Positions 1-7,668 of a DNA stretch of 13,577 nucleotides are shown one piece after another. The stretch covers positions 1-13,577 of the forward strand of contig WAKA01000114.1 in assembly GCA_015523565.1 (NCBI GenBank). The letters are read 5' to 3'. A program made the position numbers and the translations under genes. How positions within the stretch are numbered: the first letter of the stretch is position 1; each line of letters starts with the position of its first letter. Origin of the DNA: Candidatus Heimdallarchaeota archaeon (GTDB taxonomy: Archaea; Asgardarchaeota; Heimdallarchaeia; Heimdallarchaeales; Kariarchaeaceae). The notes under the pieces are model-generated. The model searched no databases and was not told where the DNA came from. It worked only from the letters and a program-made list of their open reading frames with translations.

Positions 1-1
1 C

Positions 2-58
2 AGAAAAAAGCTTTTGGAGGCACTGAAGGCAATTGAGGAAGCTACTCGCGACCCCTAA
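2..58 (+). CDS. 3' end of an upstream gene (partial, ...RKKLLEALKAIEEATRDP*), convergent with GH31
   Basis: Frame is open from base 2 to TAA at 56-58 and gives an amphipathic-helix-like peptide. Its stop overlaps the GH31 stop (55-57, minus strand), a typical convergent overlap. Too short to identify. Confidence 0.5.
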   Translation, partial: RKKLLEALKAIEEATRDP

Positions 59-2124
59 TCATTCCATATGCACTCCATCTGCGGTAAACGGTAAAGCTCA
101 AAATTTCCCTGCCTATAGGTGAGATCCTTACCATTGTCCCTATACAGCAACCCTTTGGGATCCTCCCCATAGTTCCTGATCTCAATGCCTGTCGCAAATG
201 TGCTTTCTGCATTTTGCCTCACCTCTTTTGCTAAGGGAATTGAACTCCCGGATTTCACAAACAAGGGGATTGTGCTCAAATCCACTTCCACAGTTATTTT
301 CCCCTGAAACTGCTCTCCCGTGAAAAAATCGTGCCATATCCCATTTGGCAGGATCACCTCCATGTTGTCTGTTGTTTCCAAGACTGGTGCAACCAACATC
401 TGTTCCCCAAACATGAACTGACGATTCATGCATCTTTCATCAACCCCTTTATCAATCCATGTCATTGGTCTGATGATCGGCCCCAATCCCAATGAGGAAA
501 GAAAGAATTGGGTATATATGTAAGGAAGCAATTTGTACCTAAGCCGAATGGCATCCCTTAGTTCCTGCAGGACCTTGGGAAATTCCCATGGCTCTTGGTT
601 CTCCGTCCCATATGCGGTATGGTTCCTGAAAAGTGGATAGAACACCCCCAATTGCATCCATCTGACCATCAGTTCGGAGTCAGGGTTACCGGAAAATCCC
701 CCCACATCTGCTCCACAAAGTGGTTGCCCTGAAATTGATATGGACTGCATCTGCCTTACAGACAGCTTGAGAAATTCCCATGTGGATTTATTGTCTCCTG
801 TCCACATCCATGCGAAGTTTTGCCCTCCAAGATAAGATGATCGCGTAAGAACAAACGGTCGATCATTTGGTCTAAGCTTCCTAAGTCCTTCGTAGGTACC
901 TCTCGCCATCATGAGACCATAAATGTTATGGACATCCCCATGCCTTCTCCCATCGATATGCACCAAATTCTTTGGAAATGTCCTCCTTAACGAAAAAGTG
1001 GAAGGTTCATTCATGTCATTCCAATAACCTTCAATTCCCATGTCCAACAATGAACTGTATTGATCTCCCCACCATTCCCTCACTCCTTGATCCAAAAAAT
1101 CTGGAAAATGACATGCACCTGGCCAAACACGGTCTGTATACACCTTTCCTGATATATCCCTCATGAAAAAATTTTGTCTCATCCCTTCTTCGTACAGTCG
1201 ATAGCTTTTGTCCACCTTTAGACCTGGATCTATAATCGCCACCAACTTCTGGTCTATTTCACTGGCAAGTGCCTTCAGATTTGGAAATCGATTCCTGTCA
1301 ACAGTGAAACAACGATACCCATCCATATAATCAATGTCCATGTAAAAGACATCACAAGGAATTCCCTCCTCTTGAAACCGCCTTGACAACTCCCTGAATT
1401 TTCCTTCATCCCAATAACTCCATCTGGACTGCTGGTAGCCTATCGCCCACAAGGGTGGCAGTGTAAATGTCCCCAGAAACTGAGCCACATTCCCATATGC
1501 CTCTGCCAAACTGAAAAACTCCGCAACATAAACTGATGCATCCAAATCCTTGACTACTATCTTTGCACCATACTCTGAAATATCCCAATACTGATAGGCA
1601 GGACTATCCACAATGACCACCCCAACTCCCTCTGAAATGAAATAGGCAATGGGGTGGCTTTGGTAGAGCGGATCTGAGAAGATACCATGGTTTGCATCAT
1701 CCATGTTCCAAAAATGAAATCTCCCCCTCCGATTGACTCCGCCTGTTTTATCCCCCAATCCAAGGCAAACGGTATTGGGATATTCAACCTCAATTTTCAA
1801 AAAATCACCTGACTTATAGATGGAGACCCTGTCCCCTTGAAATTCTCCTGTGGTCGCCCTCTTATGCCCTAACAAATGAAGCAATTCATCCCTGTTCGGA
1901 TGTCTTTCCTTTGACAATCCGTCCAAAAACCCCTTTTTTCCTGAAACTGAAATTTTAGTAAATCCTGAACCTGCTGCCGATATCGTAAAATCAATCTCTT
2001 CCCACCGTTCTGGAAGCCTCGGCAAATTCATCCTTCTCATGATCATTTCCTGTATCTGCCTAATCGGCGTCCTCTGGCTTAACCAAACCACAAATTCGAA
2101 AAATCCCACAACCCATTGAATCAT
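55..2124 (-). CDS. Glycoside hydrolase family 31 (alpha-glucosidase-like)
   Basis: 689 aa with GH31 signatures: GLGDK...WNMD...PLYQSHP N-domain, LPPLWAIGYQQSRWSY, DIDYMD, nucleophile motif WNDMNEP (1003-1023), acid/base motif WTGDN (790-804), GADVGGF, RWMQLG, FRNH and QFMFG..LVAPV. Exact start and substrate are uncertain. Confidence 0.96.
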   Translation of the reverse strand: MIQWVVGFFEFVVWLSQRTPIRQIQEMIMRRMNLPRLPERWEEIDFTISAAGSGFTKISVSGKKGFLDGLSKERHPNRDELLHLLGHKRATTGEFQGDRVSIYKSGDFLKIEVEYPNTVCLGLGDKTGGVNRRGRFHFWNMDDANHGIFSDPLYQSHPIAYFISEGVGVVIVDSPAYQYWDISEYGAKIVVKDLDASVYVAEFFSLAEAYGNVAQFLGTFTLPPLWAIGYQQSRWSYWDEGKFRELSRRFQEEGIPCDVFYMDIDYMDGYRCFTVDRNRFPNLKALASEIDQKLVAIIDPGLKVDKSYRLYEEGMRQNFFMRDISGKVYTDRVWPGACHFPDFLDQGVREWWGDQYSSLLDMGIEGYWNDMNEPSTFSLRRTFPKNLVHIDGRRHGDVHNIYGLMMARGTYEGLRKLRPNDRPFVLTRSSYLGGQNFAWMWTGDNKSTWEFLKLSVRQMQSISISGQPLCGADVGGFSGNPDSELMVRWMQLGVFYPLFRNHTAYGTENQEPWEFPKVLQELRDAIRLRYKLLPYIYTQFFLSSLGLGPIIRPMTWIDKGVDERCMNRQFMFGEQMLVAPVLETTDNMEVILPNGIWHDFFTGEQFQGKITVEVDLSTIPLFVKSGSSIPLAKEVRQNAESTFATGIEIRNYGEDPKGLLYRDNGKDLTYRQGNFELYRLPQMECIWND

Positions 2125-2274
2125 CCCCTCTTTTTTTACTCATGCCTTCTCACTTGGATTATCCCATGCCCATCCTGATTTTTTTGTTTCCCACGCTGAA
2201 CAAAAACTTGTTATGTACTGTCTGCCCATCAAACAAAATAATATACAACTGTTTTCAATCCAACAAGGAGAATC

Positions 2275-2397
2275 ATGATTGATCCATCATACAAATATCT
2301 GCTCCCTGAAGACCTTGTAAACGAATTTGAGCAATGGTCTGCTGATTTGTCCCTTCTCCTGACCAATTGGAATAGCCCTATGCAAAATCAAGAATAA
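2275..2397 (+). CDS. Small ORF, 40 aa (MIDPSYKYLLPEDLVNEFEQWSADLSLLLTNWNSPMQNQE), possibly a truncated gene
   Basis: ATG at 2275 follows AAGGAG (2265-2270) and an AT-rich AATAATATA (2237-2245). It is below the ORF-track cutoff. The TAA stop lies within the first bases of the duplicated upstream element. Confidence 0.4.
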   Translation: MIDPSYKYLLPEDLVNEFEQWSADLSLLLTNWNSPMQNQE

Positions 2398-2509
2398 TCC
2401 AAATGATCGTCCCATCTCACACAAGATACAACAAACACAAGAATTCCGGTTCTTGATTTCATCGGAAAAAAGCGACGTCCCTAAATATGTCTGTGCAAAC
2501 TTAGTGTAC
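2393..2509 (+). promoter_or_regulatory. Conserved upstream/promoter element of paralog 1
   Basis: Homologous to 3852-3975. It shares AATAATCCAAATGATCGTCC, an identical 32-bp block (2414-2445 = 3880-3911) and GGAAAAAA. A TATA-like TAAATAT (2482-2488) starts 28 nt before ATG 2510. Confidence 0.7.
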
Positions 2510-3586
2510 ATGCACTGGAAATACTTCATTGCCTTGATCCTGATTTTTTCCATTATGCCTGTCAAAGGTGGTTCTCAAGGGTTATCAAATGTCTATACAC
2601 GTATTACGGACGCTGACATCAAATTCATCTCCCCTGAGGAAAAACTGAAATTTAATGTTTGGATCGATATCGATGTCTGGAACCAAATGAGCTCTGAAAT
2701 AACCCTCAATCCATGTGATATACAGATGTCCGCCAACTTCATTCACATCCCTGTGAATGATACTGTCTGCAAGAACACTTTCCCAATCACCCTGAAACCT
2801 GGTATCAACAAAATGATAGATGGCATTGCCAAGCTTAATTTCATTTTTCCTGTCGACGCTTTTCCCGGTGTCGAAAAAACAGACATCACAATCAACCTGT
2901 CAACTAGTGTCGAAATGGACTATCTCCTCAATGCCACCGTCTATGGTCTTGCCGTGAATCTTTCTGCAAACAACCCCCGTGCATACACTGACCAAACATT
3001 GCTCGATCCCTTGCCGAAAAAATGGGGCGAAATCCTTGATGACCCAAACCTCCCTCCCTTGCATTTCAGGATTAGCCGTGCATACGCAACCGCTTACTAC
3101 CTTGCCTATAAATCTAAGTTAAATGTGAACGTAAGAGGCGCAGTGATCAATACTGATTCTGAAACTGCTACAATCATTACTTCAAACACGGATTTCGCCT
3201 ACATTGACATCACGATTGAAGGCAATTTCTCTTCATCCAAGATCCAGTTATCTGGATTGGCTGGTGCTGCGGTAACTGAACACAAAATTCCTCCTGGAAC
3301 CCATGAATTCTCGTTTAACTCACAACCGGACCTCTTTGATTATTCTCCTGCCATGGAAAAAAACGCAGATTACATAATCAAATACGTGATCACAGGACGG
3401 GATCCGAACAACCCCCATTTCATTCCATTTGTGATTCTGATCAGGAATGGGATAGTCATAAAGATCACTTCTTCTAACCCTGGCTTGGAAACCCCCAGTT
3501 TATCTGTGGTTGCAATTTCTCCCATGATCCCATATGGATTCATACAGTACCGCAAAAAAAGAATGAAGAAAGGGATGCCGATATAA
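2510..3586 (+). CDS. Secreted/cell-surface glycoprotein, paralog 1 (unknown family)
   Basis: Signal peptide MHWKYFIALILIFSIMPVKG, Cys pair (NPCD...DTVCKN), several N-x-S/T sequons, and a hydrophobic C-terminal segment followed by RKKRMKK. Clearly homologous to the ORFs at 3970 and 6416. I moved the start from 2453 to ATG 2510 (GTG 2504 is an alternative) by alignment with the paralogs. Confidence 0.85.
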   Translation: MHWKYFIALILIFSIMPVKGGSQGLSNVYTRITDADIKFISPEEKLKFNVWIDIDVWNQMSSEITLNPCDIQMSANFIHIPVNDTVCKNTFPITLKPGINKMIDGIAKLNFIFPVDAFPGVEKTDITINLSTSVEMDYLLNATVYGLAVNLSANNPRAYTDQTLLDPLPKKWGEILDDPNLPPLHFRISRAYATAYYLAYKSKLNVNVRGAVINTDSETATIITSNTDFAYIDITIEGNFSSSKIQLSGLAGAAVTEHKIPPGTHEFSFNSQPDLFDYSPAMEKNADYIIKYVITGRDPNNPHFIPFVILIRNGIVIKITSSNPGLETPSLSVVAISPMIPYGFIQYRKKRMKKGMPI

Positions 3587-3851
3587 CCAATCCTATAACA
3601 TCCCAATGCAAGACCTCCTTCAATGTATCCTTCCCCCTAAAGTTTGTTAATTCGGTTGTCTTTTCTAACTGGATCTCTTTCAATTCTTACTTGATCGATG
3701 ATCTGAAACATCCATGGGATAGTATCGTAATCGTCTTGCCAAACCCTATGAGCCCTCTCTAAGTTTCTGCAATTGATCCGATTTTAAAAACCAATGATGG
3801 CATTATGTCAATTTTCCTCACCATTCAATGCCTGTTGCAACCGAACCCTAA

Positions 3852-3975
3852 AATAATCCAAATGATCGTCCTGACTTATATCTCACACAAGATACAACAA
3901 ACACAAGAATTTATTTCCAAGATTTCATAGGAAAAAAACAACACGCCTATATATGTCTGTGCAAACTTAATGTAC
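3852..3975 (+). promoter_or_regulatory. Conserved upstream/promoter element of paralog 2
   Basis: Copy of 2393-2509. TATATAT (3948-3954) starts 28 nt before ATG 3976. Confidence 0.7.
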
Positions 3976-5211
3976 ATGCACTGGAAATACTTCATCGCCT
4001 TGGTTCTGATTTTTTCCATTCTCCCTACCAAGGGGTTTTATGGGGGATTGTCAAATGTCTATACCCGTGTTACGGACGCGGATATTGAATTTATCCCTCC
4101 CGAAGAAAAATTGCAGATTGACGTTTGGGTCGATATCGATGTATGGAACCAAATGAGCACTGAAATAATCCTCAACCCATGTGACCTGCAAGTGTCCGTC
4201 AACTTCACCAATCTCCCAGTCAATGACACTGCCTGCAAAAACGATTTCCCAATCACCCTGAAACCTGGAATCAACGAGATGATAAATGGCATTGCCAACC
4301 TTGATTTCGTTTTCCCTGCCGACGCTTTTCCAGGCATCGAGAAAACAGATGTCACAATTAACCTGTCAACTAGTGTCGAAACGGGCTATCTTCTCAATGC
4401 AACTGTCTATAACCTTGCCGTGAACCTTTCTGAAAATCAATCCTCTTCCGACACTTACCAATCGACACTCGATCCCTTACCAGACAACTGGGGTGCAATC
4501 CTTGATGATCCAGACCTTCCCCCGTTACATTTCAGGATTAGCCGTGCATATGCAACCGATTACTACCTTGACTATAAAACTAGGTTAAATGCGAACGTAT
4601 CTGCTGAATTGATCAACAATGACGCTGAAACTGCAAAAGTTGTAACGCCAAATCTCATTTTGGGATACATGGACGTCCAAGTCAATGGGAATTTCACAAC
4701 CCAACCCACCGTCCTCAATCCAATAACCGTTCTCACTGTGGTAACAACGCATGAAATCAAGCCTGGAATTCAAGAATTCTCAGATGACTTCCAAGCCTAT
4801 ATCTTAAATTATGTCCCTGAATTGGAAAAGAATGCAGACCTCATGTTCAGATACGTGATCGATGGCAGAGATCCAAACAACCCCCATTTCATCCCACTTC
4901 TCGTCCAGATCAGGAACGGAACCATCACAAAAACCACTTTCCCCATCCCTGAGCTGGAAACATCTGGAACCAGTAGTTCATCTATGCCTGCAATCTTTCC
5001 CCTTATACCATATGCACTTATGCAGTACTGGAAGAAAAGAAAAAACAAGGCAATATCAATATGACTAATCCTGTAAATCCATAATCCCTATTCAATCCTT
5101 CTTCCCCTCTTGAAATTTGTCACTCCCTTTAACTGCATTTTTGCCTATCCGTCTGTCGTGTTTCCATCATCAATTGATCTCGACAGTCGGGTATGTGGCT
5201 TGCAACTGCAT
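3927..5211 (+). repeat. Segmental duplication, copy A (about 1.29 kb; partner 6373-7668)
   Basis: Colinear at offset 2446 through the promoter and CDS. Identical blocks include 4170-4265 = 6616-6711 (96 bp) and 5008-5060 = 7454-7506 (53 bp). Homology continues about 150 bp past the stop to ...TGCAACTGCAT. Confidence 0.93.
3970..5064 (+). CDS. Secreted/cell-surface glycoprotein, paralog 2
   Basis: 364 aa with signal peptide, Cys pair, sequons (NFT, NDT, NLS, NAT, NVS, NGT), a Ser/Thr linker, AIFPLIPYALMQYW and KKRKNK. True start is probably ATG 3976. Confidence 0.88.
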   Translation: MYMHWKYFIALVLIFSILPTKGFYGGLSNVYTRVTDADIEFIPPEEKLQIDVWVDIDVWNQMSTEIILNPCDLQVSVNFTNLPVNDTACKNDFPITLKPGINEMINGIANLDFVFPADAFPGIEKTDVTINLSTSVETGYLLNATVYNLAVNLSENQSSSDTYQSTLDPLPDNWGAILDDPDLPPLHFRISRAYATDYYLDYKTRLNANVSAELINNDAETAKVVTPNLILGYMDVQVNGNFTTQPTVLNPITVLTVVTTHEIKPGIQEFSDDFQAYILNYVPELEKNADLMFRYVIDGRDPNNPHFIPLLVQIRNGTITKTTFPIPELETSGTSSSSMPAIFPLIPYALMQYWKKRKNKAISI

Positions 5212-5778
5212 TTCATTGTATGACAATTTGTCTGCTTTCGCAATCAGGTATCCCAAAAATGCTATGCTCCCTAACAGGCTCAAGATCGAGAAACTTCCAA
5301 TGATTATTTCCGGAATAAAATCCCTTAGGGCAAGGGACCCCAATATACCTGTCACAATCAATGCCACAACAACCAGCAAATAGGAAACCAAATTTTCTGG
5401 CTCCCCAATCAGGTAAACTGCAAGAAAAAAGAGCAGTTGACCCAAAACCCCCAAAAATGTGATGTAAAAAAGCACTTCCTGAACACCATGCGGACGAAAC
5501 AGCAACTGAAAAAATATGGGGAGAAGGTATGGGAAGTTGATCATCCCCCATCCCAGCCTATGCAGTCCATTGCTATCTGAAAGAATACCCCAAACGGAAA
5601 TGCCGACTGTTACAAGAAATGCAAACGTGGAATATGCCTGTAGCATCCTCGAAAAATCAGAGGGTTCGATGGATAGGGACAGGGGGTGCACTACAAAAAA
5701 AATGATCAACATCCTGCCTAAAATCAATATTCCCAAATATATCTTGACCGCGGTTATGAAATTGTTTGAATAAGTCAT
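5170..5778 (-). CDS. Hypothetical multi-pass membrane protein (about 6 TM)
   Basis: Hydrophobic segments include IYLGILILGRMLIIFFVV, FAFLVTVGISVWGIL, VLFYITFLGVLGQLLFFLAVYLI, YLLVVVALIVTGILGSL and IIIGSFSILSLLGSIAFLGYLI. The ORF is open to 5844, but ATG 5778 is preferred because the first 22 codons are A-rich and promoter-like. Confidence 0.75.
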   Translation of the reverse strand: MTYSNNFITAVKIYLGILILGRMLIIFFVVHPLSLSIEPSDFSRMLQAYSTFAFLVTVGISVWGILSDSNGLHRLGWGMINFPYLLPIFFQLLFRPHGVQEVLFYITFLGVLGQLLFFLAVYLIGEPENLVSYLLVVVALIVTGILGSLALRDFIPEIIIGSFSILSLLGSIAFLGYLIAKADKLSYNEMQLQATYPTVEIN

Positions 5779-5872
5779 TGTGTCCCTATTGTTTTTATTG
5801 TTTTTCAATATTACTTGTTGACCGTGTATGTGCGCTGTTTTCATTACAGGATCCTAATGGTGAAGGCGAGGG

Positions 5873-6344
5873 GTGGCATCACTCCATGTTATTATTATTT
5901 GTTCAATCACTGGAAATATGTTTCTTGAACGATATTATCTTAGAGAACAGACCCCCTTATTGACAAAAACAATGACATTGATTTTTGAAATTGTTGCGTT
6001 GCTCCTCATTTTAATATATTTCACTTGGATGTTTGGTGGTGTGGATTAGGATAGTGATTCCAATGTTTGATTTTATTCGGTACTTGTTCAAGAATTATGG
6101 AATGTTTTATTATCGCTTAATTTCATTGATTCTTTTGGCACGTTTCTTCCCTCAGATCTACCATGTGGTTTTTAAGAAGGAACTTGTAAGGGTTGATATT
6201 ATAATTGGAGAAATGAGCTTTGACCTTTTCGATTACATTGTATCTGTCTCAATTGCAATATTGCTTGCGTTTTTCATTCTTCACTTCTCTTCTTATATCC
6301 AACAGCCAATGAACCTTAGTGATTTGAACGGAATGAATGGTTGA
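5873..6344 (+). pseudogene. Frameshifted small membrane-protein gene
   Basis: Frame 5873-6049 reads ...MFLERYYLREQTPLLTKTMTLIFEIVALLLILIYFTWM(FGGVD*). Removing one T from TTT (6032-6034) joins it to the hydrophobic 6033-6344 ORF (LVVWIRIVIPMFDF...). Confidence 0.55.
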
Positions 6345-6415
6345 ATCAAATGAATGCTTTAATCCATGATTAATAGGAAAAAAGCAACAACTCTATATAT
6401 GTCCGTGCAAACTTA

Positions 6416-7510
6416 ATGTACATGCACTGGAAATACCTCATTGCCTTGATCCTGATTTTTTCCATCATTCCTGCTAAGGGCTCTTATGGGGAATTGACAA
6501 ATGTCTATACGCGTGTTACGGACATTGACCTCGAATTCATCCCCCCTGCCGAAAAACTGTATTTTGATGTTTTGGTCGATATCGATGTATGGAACCAAAT
6601 GAGCTCTGAAATAACCCTCAACCCATGTGACCTGCAAGTGTCCGTCAACTTCACCAATCTCCCAGTCAATGACACTGCCTGCAAAAACGATTTCCCAATC
6701 ACCCTGAAACCAGGAATCAATGAGATGATAAATGGCATTTCCTATCTCGATTTCGTTTTCCCTGCCAACGCTTTTCCAGGCATCAACAAAACAGATCTCA
6801 CAATCAACCTGTCAAGCAATGTCGAAACGGGCTATCTTCTCAATGCCACCGTCTATAACCTTACTGTGAACCTTTCTGCAAATTACCCATATGCTGAAAC
6901 TTACCAATCAACACTCGATCCCTTACCAGACAACTGGGGCGATATCCTTGATGATCCAGACCTCCCTCCCCTGCATTTCAGGATTAGCCGCACATACGCA
7001 ATCGCTTACTACATTGACTTCAAAAACAAGCTCTCAGCAAACATCTCTGTTGAAGTGATCAATAATGGGAATGAAACTGCAAAAGTTGTAACACCAAATA
7101 CCATTTTGGGATACATGGACGTCCAAGTCATGGGGAATTTCACTCCCCAACCGACCATCACTAATCCTCCAACTGTTATCCCTACAGTGACAACACATAA
7201 AATCAAGCCTGGAATCCATGAACTCACATATGTGTTTCAAGCGGATATCTTTAATTATGCCCCTGAATTGGAAAAGAATGCAGATCTCATGTTCAGATTC
7301 GTGATCGATGGCTGGAGCCCAAGCAACCCGCATTTCATCCCACTTCTCGTCCAGATCAGGAACGGGACAATCACAAAAACCACTTTCCCCACCCCTGTGC
7401 TGGAAACACAGGAAACCAGCAGTTCATCTGCACTTGCAATCTTTCCCCTTATGCCATATGCACTTATGCAGTACTGGAAGAAAAGAAAAAACAAGGCAAT
7501 ATCAATGTGA
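6416..7510 (+). CDS. Secreted/cell-surface glycoprotein, paralog 3
   Basis: 364 aa, ungapped against paralog 2, with about 73 differences by my manual count (about 80% identity). Same architecture. True start is probably ATG 6422. Confidence 0.88.
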   Translation: MYMHWKYLIALILIFSIIPAKGSYGELTNVYTRVTDIDLEFIPPAEKLYFDVLVDIDVWNQMSSEITLNPCDLQVSVNFTNLPVNDTACKNDFPITLKPGINEMINGISYLDFVFPANAFPGINKTDLTINLSSNVETGYLLNATVYNLTVNLSANYPYAETYQSTLDPLPDNWGDILDDPDLPPLHFRISRTYAIAYYIDFKNKLSANISVEVINNGNETAKVVTPNTILGYMDVQVMGNFTPQPTITNPPTVIPTVTTHKIKPGIHELTYVFQADIFNYAPELEKNADLMFRFVIDGWSPSNPHFIPLLVQIRNGTITKTTFPTPVLETQETSSSSALAIFPLMPYALMQYWKKRKNKAISM

Positions 7511-7626
7511 CTAACCCTCTAAATCCATAATCCCTATTCAATCCTTCTTTTCCTGACCTCTTTCACTCCCTTTAACTGCATTTTTGCCTATCCGTCGGTC
7601 ATGTTTCCATCATCTAAACCATTGCA

Positions 7627-7668
7627 TCAATTGATCTCAACAGTCGGGTATGTGGCTTGCAACTGCAT
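7627..7668 (-). pseudogene. Orphan 3' remnant (MQLQATYPTVEIN*) of a second copy of the 5170-5778 membrane gene
   Basis: Matches 5170-5211 except for one synonymous change (GTC/GTT, Val). No homology or long open frame beyond 7668. Confidence 0.8.

Larger units (their letters stand above)
6373..7668 (+). repeat. Segmental duplication, copy B (partner 3927-5211)
   Basis: Begins ATAGGAAAAAA, includes TATATAT (6394-6400), paralog 3, the downstream pyrimidine-rich tract and the last 14 codons of the minus-strand membrane gene. Confidence 0.93.

Noticed and set aside
2453-2503. N-terminal extension of paralog 1 from TTG 2453
   Set aside because: It corresponds to the shared promoter DNA, is absent from the other paralog ORFs and would precede the signal peptide.
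3600-3850. Remnant of the membrane gene downstream of paralog 1
   Set aside because: The minus strand gives only stop-interrupted fragments with trivial similarity (EIQL vs EMQL), which is insufficient.
2393-3911. CRISPR array from the 32-bp identical repeat
   Set aside because: Only two copies, about 1.47 kb apart, each in a promoter region. No spacer pattern or cas genes.
3970-7510. Diversity-generating retroelement template/variable repeat pair
   Set aside because: Differences involve all four bases and span whole genes, both copies are full ORFs, and no reverse transcriptase is in the window.
3370-7514. Recurrent antisense and alternate-frame ORFs (e.g. 3370-3606, 4059-4355, 4809-5048, 6505-6738, 7255-7494)
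   Set aside because: They are shadows of the duplicated genes, and their recurrence follows from the DNA duplication.
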